Source of the DNA: Rhynchopus sp. YZ270_cl-10
Lineage: Eukaryota
Reading direction: 5' to 3'
Length of the DNA: 64,000 nt
NCBI GenBank assembly: GCA_964035575.1
Contig: OZ037835.1
Location: 1,426,001 to 1,490,000 of the forward strand
Numbering within the stretch: position 1 is the first letter of the stretch; every line of letters starts with the position of its first letter. Made by a program: the position numbers and the translations under genes. Below are positions 23,730 to 36,540 of the stretch, in pieces. The notes below the pieces were generated by a model. That model was not told where the DNA came from, did no database searches, and saw nothing but the letters and a program-made list of their open reading frames with translations.

Positions 23730-26700
23730 ATGAATCGATGTCATACGCTGTTGGTGTTGTTCTTGCAAAGTGTCTTCGCATACGCCGATGTCAACATGCA
23801 TGGCGGCTGCACAGACTCCGGGTGCTGGCTGAAGTGCAGTCGCTGGCATTCTGCCTGGAGTTCTCCAACAGGTTACGAGTGGTACGGCTACTTCCTGTAC
23901 TCTGCCGAGGGGTCGCCACTGGCAAAGGAGATCAACGGCGGTGAGGACGAGAATGTGTTTGCATGGAAGCTTGGGATACCGGAAGGGGGCAGTCTTGTGG
24001 ATGGGTGGACGCTGACACGGAACGGCACCTTCGTGACTGCGTTGAACAGCAGTGCTGACTTTAAGTACACAGCGCTGAAGACAGACGGAGCTCTGCCCGA
24101 TGTGACGCAGATGCCTGACGACTTCTCTGCAGTCGGGAATTTGGAGAACACACACTTCATATCTGTGACCTCGTCGACATCTTTGCGGTACGGGCCCACC
24201 CCGCTCCAGGCAAGGGACATGACCTCATATGATGTAACCGTCACCGCTGTGCACGCCCTGCAGTCGCTGTACCTCGTGGAGGTTGTGCACAGTGCGTCCA
24301 GCTGGTCTGCAGTCTGGTGCCTCGCACTCGACGGCACGCTACACCCCGTGATCCCCACAGCGTGCACGGCGCTGTCAACGGCACACAACCCCGTGAAGGT
24401 GCTTACACACGCAGACAGCTTCGCGGTGCTCTACCCAGACGGGACAGTGCAGGCAAGCAGCGTCGGAGCTCTCTCCTCGGTGTCGGACCTCTTCGTCGTG
24501 GACGGCGTCTACTACGCGCTCGTGAACAACACAATACAGACCTGGGGTGCGCTGTCCTCCGAAACCACGCCGGTTGTGCCGTCACACCCGTTCAACTTTG
24601 TGCCGTACTTCGGGAACACGATCTTCTATGCGAATGCGGAGGGTGGGGTGGTTTTGAACAGGGACAGCACAGTGTCGGTGTGGGGCGACGGCTCGCACAG
24701 CACGGTGCAGACACGCTTTGTGGATGTGGAGAATGTATACGTGAACTCGGGTGCGTTTGTGCTGCTGCACTCCGACATGACGGTGACTGCGTGGGGGAAG
24801 GCGAGCTGTGGCGGGGACTCGTCGAGTGTGGATCATCTGTTTGGGTCTGTCGTCAGCCAGATTGCGACACACCCGGCAAGCCGTGCCTTTGCTGTCCTCA
24901 ACGCAACAGGCCACATCATCTCGTGGGGTGGTGGTGATGCATATTCAGTAAGTTCCTACATCTCTACGTATAACTACACCCTCATCAATGCTCTACCCAC
25001 AGGGTTCGTGGGCTACAGATGGATAGACCCTGCAGTACTGCGGTGGGGTGACATCCCTGGTGCCATCGGTCAGTGCACTTCGTTGTTGTATTCTTTTCAG
25101 TCATGTGACACTGTCCGTTGCAAACATGGTTGGTGGAAGCCGAGTCCTGCAGAGAACAAGTGTGGTGCCTCTCCGTATGAAGCCTGCTCAGAGGCAACCT
25201 GCTGTGTGGCACCTGTAACAGCTGCACCAACACCAGAACCGACATCTGCACCTGATACGCAGGTTCCAACCACGTCGCCAACAAACATCCCCCCGACATT
25301 TCCCCCGACACTGCCGCCAGCAACAGCCACCCCCACAGCACTGCCGACAGCGCCTCCTCCAGAGCCGCCAACGCAGGTACCGGCAGCAGTGGACACAGAC
25401 ACTCCACAGAACGATTCAACAGACACATCTGCAACACTGCCACCCGTAACAGAGGCGACCAGCACACCCACTCTGTCACCTGCAACAGTCTCACCCTCAT
25501 CAGAGTTGCCTCCCACATACGTGTCCATAACAGAGTCACCACCACACATGATGCCAACATCACCACCACTGACAGGGACTCCTTCAGGGGCCACTATCTC
25601 AGGTGGCACGGATTCCGCGTTTTCTGGTAGCACGGTTGTGGCAGTGCTTGTGACTGCAAGTGTGTTTGTCCTGTTGGGGTTGCTGTACCGCTTGTATCGT
25701 CGCTGTGCGGTGCACCGCAGTGGGAACGACAACGAGGAACCGCTTATCGAGGAAGAAGAAGACCTTGTTGAGATAATGCACGACGAAGACAACGAAGCAG
25801 TGATGGAGATGCGCAGCAGTGTGCTCGGCACGGACACACAAGAGAACACTGTGCTTGAGACAGACGTTCCTTCCGACGGTATTCTGGCAACAGTGGAGGA
25901 TTCTCGTGGCAGTGTGCCGGTGAGTCTTCCCTCGGGTCCGCACGTCGAAGGCCCATCAGACCCTGTGTACGCGTCGTGGGTGAAGGACCGCGAGGTCGGC
26001 AGTGGTGCCTACGGTGTTGTGTACGTCGGGCACCTGTCGGACGGGCGTGTGGTGGCGATGAAGGAGCAGACCTCTGCGACACGTGCAGATGCAGACGAGG
26101 CAGTTGCGAACCTGGAGCTGCTGCGCCGTCTGCGCCACCCACACCTGACGGAGATGTACGACGTGTGCTACGACGTGCCTGGACGGCGCATCTGCTGGCT
26201 CATGGAGTTCGTCTCGGGTGGGTCGCTTGGTGCATACGTGCGCAACCTTGGGCACAAGCTGGAGGAGGCGAAGGTGGTGTTCTACATGCGGCAGGTCCTG
26301 CAGGCAGTGAACTTCCTGCATATGAACAACGTTGTGCACCGTGACATCAAGGGCGAGAACATTCTCCTCACACGTGAGGGCACTGCGAAGCTCTGCGACT
26401 TTGACTCCATCAAATGCTGCGACAGCAACGGCACCGACTACAAAACCACTGAAAGCAACATCTGCACACAGATGATGAGCACACAGTACAACACCTTGAT
26501 GGGAACCCCGAACTGGATGGCACCCGAGATGCTTGGACAGCTGACTGGGTTTGTGGAGGCGGGGCCTGCGTGCGACATCTTCAGCTTCGGGAGCACTGTG
26601 TCTGAGGTGCTGAACGAGGGTGTGCCTCCTGGGAACTTTGAGGGTGTGTGGGTGCATCTGGTCAAGACGATGCAGTTCCCGCCTGTGAACATGGTGCAGG

Positions 26701-27761
26701 ACGTGTCGCCTGAGGCCACAAGCTTCCTGTGTGCGTGTCTGAAGCGTGACCCTGAGGAACGCCTCACAGCAGGAGAGCTTCTGGAGGACCCGTTCATGAC
26801 ACGTTGGACAGACGCCCACATGACTGTGTCAGACACGACGTCCTGCCGACTGCTCACACCTCAACAGATGCAGACGAGACAAACAATTGACCCATTCCTC
26901 GGGAAGGGTGCCTTCGGTGTGGTGTACAGGGCAACTGTGGACGGACGTGACGGACACGTTGCTGTGAAGGAAGTGCAGTTGGACGTTTCACACACAAGCA
27001 AGGCACGAGAACGTGTGGAGCGTGAGTTTGTGCTGATGCGTGAGCTGCACCACCCACACATTGTGCCGTACCTCGGACACCTGTGGCGTGACGGGACGCG
27101 GCTCGAGATCTTTATGGAGTACATGCCAGGTGGGTCTGTGCGCAACCTGCTGCGTGCACGCAGGAAGGGTCTAGACACAGGCACGATCTGCGAGTACACG
27201 AAGCAGGTGCTTCTTGGGCTGGAGTACTTGCACAGGGGTGGGAACGGGTTTGCACCGATTGCACACCGTGATGTTAATGCGGGTCACTTGCTGCTGTCGA
27301 TAGATGCGACAGTGAAGCTGTCTGACTTTGGATGCAGCAAGCTGTTTGAGTCGTCGTCTGAGGAAGTGAGCTTTGGTGCTGCTGGTGCGCAGACGTGTGT
27401 GGGGACGCCGTTCTGGATGGCGCCAGAGGTGCTGCAGCAGCGCACGGAGCGCAGTGGTGACTACGGGACACGGTGCGACGTGTGGTCGCTGGGGTGCACG
27501 GTGATTGAGATGCTGGGTGTGACACCGTGGCGGGAGAACGCACGTGAGGGCGAGCACGAGGTTCTGATGCGCATTCTGACAAGCACAGGTGGCCCGCCGA
27601 TACCTGCAGCTGCGCCGCCTGCACTCACAGCCTTCCTCGCACGCTGCTTTGTGCGCGACCCTGCCTTGCGCCCGTCTGCACAGACGCTCCTCGAAGACGC
27701 TTACATCACACTTGGTGCAGACGAAGACGAGGCCACAGCAGACGTGGAGTGTGTGTGGTAA
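23730..27761 (+). CDS. Receptor-like tandem kinase, copy 3
   Basis: Same architecture with variant ectodomain patches. Kinase 1 has DFD; kinase 2 has HRDVNAGH. Confidence 0.9.
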   Translation: MNRCHTLLVLFLQSVFAYADVNMHGGCTDSGCWLKCSRWHSAWSSPTGYEWYGYFLYSAEGSPLAKEINGGEDENVFAWKLGIPEGGSLVDGWTLTRNGTFVTALNSSADFKYTALKTDGALPDVTQMPDDFSAVGNLENTHFISVTSSTSLRYGPTPLQARDMTSYDVTVTAVHALQSLYLVEVVHSASSWSAVWCLALDGTLHPVIPTACTALSTAHNPVKVLTHADSFAVLYPDGTVQASSVGALSSVSDLFVVDGVYYALVNNTIQTWGALSSETTPVVPSHPFNFVPYFGNTIFYANAEGGVVLNRDSTVSVWGDGSHSTVQTRFVDVENVYVNSGAFVLLHSDMTVTAWGKASCGGDSSSVDHLFGSVVSQIATHPASRAFAVLNATGHIISWGGGDAYSVSSYISTYNYTLINALPTGFVGYRWIDPAVLRWGDIPGAIGQCTSLLYSFQSCDTVRCKHGWWKPSPAENKCGASPYEACSEATCCVAPVTAAPTPEPTSAPDTQVPTTSPTNIPPTFPPTLPPATATPTALPTAPPPEPPTQVPAAVDTDTPQNDSTDTSATLPPVTEATSTPTLSPATVSPSSELPPTYVSITESPPHMMPTSPPLTGTPSGATISGGTDSAFSGSTVVAVLVTASVFVLLGLLYRLYRRCAVHRSGNDNEEPLIEEEEDLVEIMHDEDNEAVMEMRSSVLGTDTQENTVLETDVPSDGILATVEDSRGSVPVSLPSGPHVEGPSDPVYASWVKDREVGSGAYGVVYVGHLSDGRVVAMKEQTSATRADADEAVANLELLRRLRHPHLTEMYDVCYDVPGRRICWLMEFVSGGSLGAYVRNLGHKLEEAKVVFYMRQVLQAVNFLHMNNVVHRDIKGENILLTREGTAKLCDFDSIKCCDSNGTDYKTTESNICTQMMSTQYNTLMGTPNWMAPEMLGQLTGFVEAGPACDIFSFGSTVSEVLNEGVPPGNFEGVWVHLVKTMQFPPVNMVQDVSPEATSFLCACLKRDPEERLTAGELLEDPFMTRWTDAHMTVSDTTSCRLLTPQQMQTRQTIDPFLGKGAFGVVYRATVDGRDGHVAVKEVQLDVSHTSKARERVEREFVLMRELHHPHIVPYLGHLWRDGTRLEIFMEYMPGGSVRNLLRARRKGLDTGTICEYTKQVLLGLEYLHRGGNGFAPIAHRDVNAGHLLLSIDATVKLSDFGCSKLFESSSEEVSFGAAGAQTCVGTPFWMAPEVLQQRTERSGDYGTRCDVWSLGCTVIEMLGVTPWRENAREGEHEVLMRILTSTGGPPIPAAAPPALTAFLARCFVRDPALRPSAQTLLEDAYITLGADEDEATADVECVW

Positions 27762-27804
27762 GAACCTTCGTTCTGACCACGCGCACTGCTTCTTTTGTTT
27801 CAAA

Positions 27805-28298
27805 CATGGGTAGTATCTGGATCCTGATTCAGGAAAAATGACTGGGGAGTGTTGGTGGCTCCGTGACGCCACAGAGCCGGCACACTCGTTGAGTGCCTCA
27901 CAAAACCTAAAATACTTATTTGCTTTTATCATTTGTCTTCACGCTTTATCGTTGTTGTTGGGGTGGGAAATAAAAGCAAGTGAAAAAGATTGCGGTGAAA
28001 CAGAGGGAACAGAAAAGGAAGAGGGTAGACAGCAGCAGCAGCAGCAACAACAGTTCCAGCGGCAGCAGTGTCTGTATCATTGGCAGCGAGAGCACCATCA
28101 GCAGTGGAAGCAGCAGTGTCAAAAACCGAGTGTTTTGTCATCGTCCACACTTCCAGATCGGACGGTGTGTTTGTGTTGCGTGCAGATTTATGCTTAAACC
28201 CACCTGGAATCACCTGGAATACCTGGAAAACCCCTGGAATTTCACGAAAAATCTGAGAAACCTGGAATCACCTGTAACTGGATCCAGATACTACCATG
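27805..28298. mobile_element. 494-bp MITE with 6-bp TSD
   Basis: TIR catgg(g)tagtatctggatcc / ggatccagatactaccatg and TSD ttcaaa (27799-27804, 28299-28304). The empty site tttcaaacgtttt is seen after copy 1. Subterminal cacctggaat repeats. Confidence 0.9.
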
Positions 28299-29244
28299 TT
28301 CAAACGTTTTTCTTACATTGCTCGCTTACGTTTCGTTATTTTCTGTTCATATTTCATACTTTCATACAGCCCATATTAGCGACTCAGGGTTTGTGCTCCT
28401 CTATAGCCTCTCCCACACTGCGAAACAGGCAGAGGACTCCAACCGGACACTACATCACACAGACCTTTTTACCCTGTGTTCGCAATGATCCCCGTTCATC
28501 TGACTGATGAGTGGAAGCGGGAGTAGCACGTATCAGATGTATGTAGGACTGCATGGTTGTCCACCCCTGTATCCGGTCGTGTACTAAGGTACGCTGTAAC
28601 GAGAGGGTTTTGTATTTCAGTTCAACTTTCATTTCCTTCCACCACAACAAGCATTTCACACCACATGAGAATATGGCTTGCAAACTCTTGCAGTGCTTGT
28701 CCCCCCATGATCTGAATACGCGCAGCTACGCTGTCGTTGTGTTTTACAGATGCTGTTGTGTCAAACCTTTCGTGTGCTGTGTGCTAGACTTTAGTATCCA
28801 CCTCTGTGAGAGAGTTATTCAAGTGACCGTTTATTTTAAGTTGTCGTACCAATCAAAAAATATGAATTTCTGTACCTCGGGTTTTATTGCCCTGCCTTTT
28901 CGTAAATACCACATTTCTGAACTTCGGGCCAAATGGCTACTTTTACTGACGTCAAGTTCCGGGTTGTTCTGTGTTATCACACTACTCCTGGTAACTTCTG
29001 TTGTGGACGAAGCTTCTTCCTCTCGCAGGGATTTGCTGATTAATTACCACGGAAAACACAAAGTCGCTAAGTTCTCTGTTGGTAACAACCACATCTGGTC
29101 CGTCACATACCTGGACCGTACACACGGCATACGTATCACTTATACGTTCTGTAGGCTCTGTCTCCCGTCTTCGTGCTTTGTATGGTTCGTGCAATGTGCC
29201 CTGCTTCACACATCCTCTTACTACAGGTCACCCCTACCTTATCC

Positions 29245-32200
29245 ATGAATCGATGTCATACGCTGTTGGTGTTGTTCTTGCAAAGTGTCTTCGCATACGC
29301 CGATTTGAACATGTATGGCGGCTGCACAGACTCCGGGTGCTGGCTGAAGTGCGGTGGGTGGCATTCTGACTATAACCGGAGTTACCCAACAAGTTACGAG
29401 TGGTACGGCTACTTCCTGTACTCTGCCGAGGGGTCGCCACTGGCAAAGGAGATCAACGGCGGTGAGGACGAGAATGTGTTTGCATGGAAGCTTGGGATAC
29501 CGGAAGGGGGCAGTCTTGTGGATGGGTGGACGCTGACACGGAACGGCACCTTCGTGACTGCGTTGAACAGCAGTGCTGACTTTAAGTACACAGCGCTGAA
29601 GACAGACGGAGCTCTGCCCGATGTGACGCAGATGCCTGACGACTTCTCTGCAGTCGGGAATTTGGAGAACACACACTTCATATCTGTGACCTCGTCGACA
29701 TCTTTGCGGTACGGGCCCACCCCGCTCCAGGCAAGGGACATGACCTCATATGATGTAACCGTCACCGCTGTGCACGCCCTGCAGTCGCTGTACCTCGTGG
29801 AGGTTGTGCACAGTGCGTCCAGCTGGTCTGCAGTCTGGTGCCTCGCACTCGACGGCACGCTACACCCCGTGATCCCCACAGCGTGCACGGCGCTGTCAAC
29901 GGCACACAACCCCGTGAAGGTGCTTACACACGCAGACAGCTTCGCGGTGCTCTACCCAGACGGGACAGTGCAGGCAAGCAGCGTCGGAGCTCTCTCCTCG
30001 GTGTCGGACCTCTTCGTCGTGGACGGCGTCTACTACGCGCTCGTGAACAACACAATACAGACCTGGGGTGCGCTGTCCTCCGAAACCACGCCGGTTGTGC
30101 CGTCACACCCGTTCAACTTTGTGCCGTACTTCGGGAACACGATCTTCTATGCGAATGCGGAGGGTGGGGTGGTTTTGAACAGGGACAGCACAGTGTCGGT
30201 GTGGGGCGACGGCTCGCACAGCACGGTGCAGACACGCTTTGTGGATGTGGAGAATGTGTACGTGAACTCGGGTGCGTTTGTGCTGCTGCACTCCGACATG
30301 ACGGTGACTGCGTGGGGGAAGGCGAGCTGTGGCGGGGACTCGTCGAGTGTGGATCATCTGTTTGGGTCTGTCGTCGGCCAGATTGCGACACACCCGGCAA
30401 GCCGTGCCTTTGCTGTCCTCAACGCAACAGGCCACATCATCACGTGGGGTGGTGGTGATGCATATGTCTTGAATGACTTGAAGCAATCGTTGACTTACTC
30501 GCGCATCTTCCCTCTCCCAACAGGGTTCGTTGCGAAGCACCTCTACAACTATATTATGTTCGGCGACATTCCTTCAGACAGCGGCGGCTGTTTTGGATAC
30601 ATTGTTCCGTCATGTTACACTTTCCGTTGCAAACATGGCTGGTGGAAGCCGAATCCTGCAGAGATCGCTTGTGACAGGAACACTAATCCGTATCACGCCT
30701 GCTCAGAGGCAACCTGCTGTGTGGCACCTGTAACAGCCACCCCCACAGCACCGCCGACAGCGCCTCCTTCAGAGCCGCCAACGCAGGTACCGGCAGCAGT
30801 GGACACAGACACTCCACAGAACGATTCAACAGACACAGCTGCAACACTGTCACCCGTGACAGAGGCAACCGTGACAGGGATACCCAGCACACACACTCTG
30901 TCATCTGCAACAGTCTCACCCTCATCAGAGTTGCCTCCCACAGACGTGCCTAGGACAGAGTCACCACGAAACACAACTACAACTGCGCCACCCCTGACAG
31001 AGACTCCTTCAGGGGACACTAACACATCAGCGTCTCCTTCGGTGGAGACAGCGGCACCACCGATGGAGGACACAGACACACCGATGCCAGCTGCTAAGAC
31101 AGCGCAATCAACTGTGTCACAGAACTTGGACACGGTTGTGGCAGTGCTTGTGACTGCAAGTGTGTTTGTCCTGTTGGGGTTGCTGTACCGATTGTATCGT
31201 CGCTGTGCAGTGCACCGCAGTGGGAACGACAACGAGGAACCGCTTATCGAGGAAGAAGAAGACCTTGTTGAGATAATGCACGACGAAGACAACGAAGCAG
31301 TGATGGAGATGCGCAGCAGTGTGCTCGGAACGGACACACAAGAGAACACTGTGCTTGAGACAGACGTTCCTTCAAATGGTATACTGGCAACAGTGGAGGA
31401 TTCTCGTGGCAGTGTGCCGGTGAGTCTTCCCTCAGGTCCCAGTGTCGAAGGCCCATCAGACCCTGTGTACGCGTCGTGGGTGAAGGACCGCGAGGTCGGC
31501 AGTGGTGCCTACGGTGTTGTGTACGTCGGGCACCTGTCGGACGGGCGTGTGGTGGCGATGAAGGAGCAGACCTCTGCGACACGTGCAGATGCAGACGAGG
31601 CAGTTGCGAACCTGGAGCTGCTGCGCCGTCTGCGCCACCCACACCTGACGGAGATGTACGACGTGTGCTACGACGTGCCTGGACGGCGCATCTGCTGGCT
31701 CATGGAGTTCGTCTCGGGTGGGTCGCTTGGTGCATACGTGCGCAACCTTGGGCACAAGCTGGAGGAGGCGAAGGTGGTGTTCTACATGCGGCAGGTCCTG
31801 CAGGCAGTGAACTTTCTGCACATGAACAACGTTGTGCACCGTGACATCAAGGGCGAGAACATTCTCCTCACACGTGAGGGCACTGCGAAGCTCTGCGACT
31901 TTGACTCCATCAAATGCTGCGACAGCAACGGCACCGACTACAAAACCACTGAAAGCAGGGTCCGCACACAGATGATGAGCACACGGCACAACACCTTGAT
32001 GGGAACCCCAAACTGGATGGCACCCGAGATGCTTGGACAGCTGACTGGGTTTGTGGAGGCGGGGCCTGCGTGCGACATCTTCAGCTTCGGGAGCACTGTG
32101 TCTGAACGAGGGTGTGCCTCCTGGGAACTTTGAGGGTGTGTGGGTGCATCTGGTCAAGACGATGCAGTTCCCGCCTGTGAACATGGTGCAAGACGTGTCG

Positions 32201-33253
32201 CCTGAGGCCACAAGCTTCCTGTGTGCGTGTCTGAAGCGTGACCCTGAGGAACGCCTCACAGCAGGAGAGCTTCTGGAGGACCCGTTCATGACACGTTGGA
32301 CAGACGCCCACATGACTGTGTCAGACACGACGTCCTGCCGACTGCTCACACCTCAACAGATGCAGACGAGACAAACAATAGACCCATTCCTCGGGAAGGG
32401 TGCCTTCGGTGTGGTGTACAGGGCAACTGTGGACGGACGTGACGGACACGTTGCTGTGAAGGAAGTGCAGTTGGACGTTTCACACACAAGCAAGGCACGA
32501 GAACGTGTGGAGCGTGAGTTTGTGCTGATGCGTGAGCTGCACCACCCACACATTGTGCCGTACCTCGGACACCTGTGGCGTGACGGGACGCGGCTCGAGA
32601 TCTTTATGGAGTACATGCCAGGTGGGTCTGTGCGCAACCTGCTGCGTGCACGCAGCAAGGGTCTAGACACAGGCACGATCTGCGAGTACACGAAGCAGGT
32701 GCTTCTTGGGCTGGAGTACTTGCACAGGGGTGGGAACGGGTTTGCACCGATTGCACACCGTGATGTAAATGCGGGTCACTTGCTGCTGTCGATAGATGCG
32801 ACAGTGAAGCTGTCTGACTTTGGATGCAGCAAGCTGTTTGAGTCGTCGTCTGAGGACGTGAGCTTTGGTGCTGCTGGTGCGCAGACGTGTGTGGGGACGC
32901 CGTTCTGGATGGCGCCAGAGGTGCTGCAGCAGCGCACGGAGCGCAGTGGTGACTACGGGACACGGTGCGACGTGTGGTCGCTGGGGTGCACGGTGATTGA
33001 GATGCTGGGTGTGACACCGTGGCGAGCGAACGCACGTGAGGGCGAGCACGAGGTTCTGATGCGCATTCTGACAAGCACAGGTGGCCCGCCGATACCTGCA
33101 GCTGCGCCGCCTGCACTCACAGCCTTCCTCGCACGCTGCTTTGTGTGCGACCCTGCCTTGCGCCCGTCTGCACAGACGCTCCTCGAAGACGCTTACATCA
33201 CACTTGGTGCAGACGAAGACGAGGCCACAGCAGACGTGGAGTGTGTGTGGTAA
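29245..33253 (+). pseudogene. Receptor-like tandem kinase, copy 4, frameshifted in kinase 1
   Basis: An 8-bp deletion near 32104 (tctgaggtgctgaacgag -> tctgaacgag) splits the gene into ORFs ending at 32133 and 33253. Confidence 0.85.
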
Positions 33254-33700
33254 GAACCTTAGTTCTGACCACGTGCACTGCTTCTTTTGTTGCAAACGTT
33301 TTTCTTACATTGCTCGCTTACGTTTCGTTGTTTTCTGTTCATATTTACTAGTTTCATTTCCTTCCACCACAACAAGCATTTCACACCACATGAGAATATT
33401 GCTTGCAAACTCTTGCAGTGCTTGTCCCCCCATGATCTGAATACGCGCAGCTACGCTGTCGTTGTGTTTTACAGATGCTGTTGTGTGTGTGTCAAACCTT
33501 TCGTGTGCTGTGTGCAAGATGAGTATCCACGTCTGTTAGACGTTGCGTTTGATTTCTGCGGTATTTGTTCCCATTCAAATCGATTTATTTGTTCTTTCCA
33601 TCACAACCAACTACTGGTCCCAACGAAACACACGCTCAAAGGTTCGCCCTTGTCCATTTTCTTTTATCTTTTTGTTGAGCGCCACTGATGTAACGTCACT

Positions 33701-36540
33701 ATGGTACTATGGTACTATGGTACTATGGTACTATGGTACTATGGTACTATGGTACTATGGTACTATGGTACTATGGTACTATGGTACTATGGTACTATGG
33801 TACTATGGTACTATGGTACTATGGTACTATGGTACTATGGTACTATGGTACTATGGTACTATGGTACTATGGTACTATGGTACTATGGTACTATGGTACT
33901 ATGGTACTATGGTACTATGGTACTATGGTACTATGGTACTATGGTACTATGGTACTATGGTACTATGGTACTATGGTACTATGGTACTATGGTACTATGG
34001 TACTATGGTACTATGGTACTATGGTACTATGGTACTATGGTACTATGGTACTATGGTACTATGGTACTATGGTACTATGGTACTATGGTACTATGGTACT
34101 ATGGTACTATGGTACTATGGTACTATGGTACTATGGTACTATGGTACTATGGTACTATGGTACTATGGTACTATGGTACTATGGTACTATGGTACTATGG
34201 TACTATGGTACTATGGTACTATGGTACTATGGTACTATGGTACTATGGTACTATGGTACTATGGTACTATGGTACTATGGTACTATGGTACTATGGTACT
34301 ATGGTACTATGGTACTATGGTACTATGGTACTATGGTACTATGGTACTATGGTACTATGGTACTATGGTACTATGGTACTATGGTACTATGGTACTATGG
34401 TACTATGGTACTATGGTACTATGGTACTATGGTACTATGGTACTATGGTACTATGGTACTATGGTACTATGGTACTATGGTACTATGGTACTATGGTACT
34501 ATGGTACTATGGTACTATGGTACTATGGTACTATGGTACTATGGTACTATGGTACTATGGTACTATGGTACTATGGTACTATGGTACTATGGTACTATGG
34601 TACTATGGTACTATGGTACTATGGTACTATGGTACTATGGTACTATGGTACTATGGTACTATGGTACTATGGTACTATGGTACTATGGTACTATGGTACT
34701 ATGGTACTATGGTACTATGGTACTATGGTACTATGGTACTATGGTACTATGGTACTATGGTACTATGGTACTATGGTACTATGGTACTATGGTACTATGG
34801 TACTATGGTACTATGGTACTATGGTACTATGGTACTATGGTACTATGGTACTATGGTACTATGGTACTATGGTACTATGGTACTATGGTACTATGGTACT
34901 ATGGTACTATGGTACTATGGTACTATGGTACTATGGTACTATGGTACTATGGTACTATGGTACTATGGTACTATGGTACTATGGTACTATGGTACTATGG
35001 TACTATGGTACTATGGTACTATGGTACTATGGTACTATGGTACTATGGTACTATGGTACTATGGTACTATGGTACTATGGTACTATGGTACTATGGTACT
35101 ATGGTACTATGGTACTATGGTACTATGGTACTATGGTACTATGGTACTATGGTACTATGGTACTATGGTACTATGGTACTATGGTACTATGGTACTATGG
35201 TACTATGGTACTATGGTACTATGGTACTATGGTACTATGGTACTATGGTACTATGGTACTATGGTACTATGGTACTATGGTACTATGGTACTATGGTACT
35301 ATGGTACTATGGTACTATGGTACTATGGTACTATGGTACTATGGTACTATGGTACTATGGTACTATGGTACTATGGTACTATGGTACTATGGTACTATGG
35401 TACTATGGTACTATGGTACTATGGTACTATGGTACTATGGTACTATGGTACTATGGTACTATGGTACTATGGTACTATGGTACTATGGTACTATGGTACT
35501 ATGGTACTATGGTACTATGGTACTATGGTACTATGGTACTATGGTACTATGGTACTATGGTACTATGGTACTATGGTACTATGGTACTATGGTACTATGG
35601 TACTATGGTACTATGGTACTATGGTACTATGGTACTATGGTACTATGGTACTATGGTACTATGGTACTATGGTACTATGGTACTATGGTACTATGGTACT
35701 ATGGTACTATGGTACTATGGTACTATGGTACTATGGTACTATGGTACTATGGTACTATGGTACTATGGTACTATGGTACTATGGTACTATGGTACTATGG
35801 TACTATGGTACTATGGTACTATGGTACTATGGTACTATGGTACTATGGTACTATGGTACTATGGTACTATGGTACTATGGTACTATGGTACTATGGTACT
35901 ATGGTACTATGGTACTATGGTACTATGGTACTATGGTACTATGGTACTATGGTACTATGGTACTATGGTACTATGGTACTATGGTACTATGGTACTATGG
36001 TACTATGGTACTATGGTACTATGGTACTATGGTACTATGGTACTATGGTACTATGGTACTATGGTACTATGGTACTATGGTACTATGGTACTATGGTACT
36101 ATGGTACTATGGTACTATGGTACTATGGTACTATGGTACTATGGTACTATGGTACTATGGTACTATGGTACTATGGTACTATGGTACTATGGTACTATGG
36201 TACTATGGTACTATGGTACTATGGTACTATGGTACTATGGTACTATGGTACTATGGTACTATGGTACTATGGTACTATGGTACTATGGTACTATGGTACT
36301 ATGGTACTATGGTACTATGGTACTATGGTACTATGGTACTATGGTACTATGGTACTATGGTACTATGGTACTATGGTACTATGGTACTATGGTACTATGG
36401 TACTATGGTACTATGGTACTATGGTACTATGGTACTATGGTACTATGGTACTATGGTACTATGGTACTATGGTACTATGGTACTATGGTACTATGGTACT
36501 ATGGTACTATGGTACTATGGTACTATGGTACTATGGTACT
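33701..36540. repeat. Perfect octamer satellite (ATGGTACT)x355
   Basis: 2840 bp of ATGGTACT with no variant unit that I could see. Confidence 0.98.

Noticed and set aside
17977..29248. 160-230-aa ORFs in the kinase intergenic spacers and many antisense ORFs within the kinase genes
   Set aside because: Frames are not preserved between paralogous spacers, and the antisense ORFs are shadows of GC-rich coding sequence.
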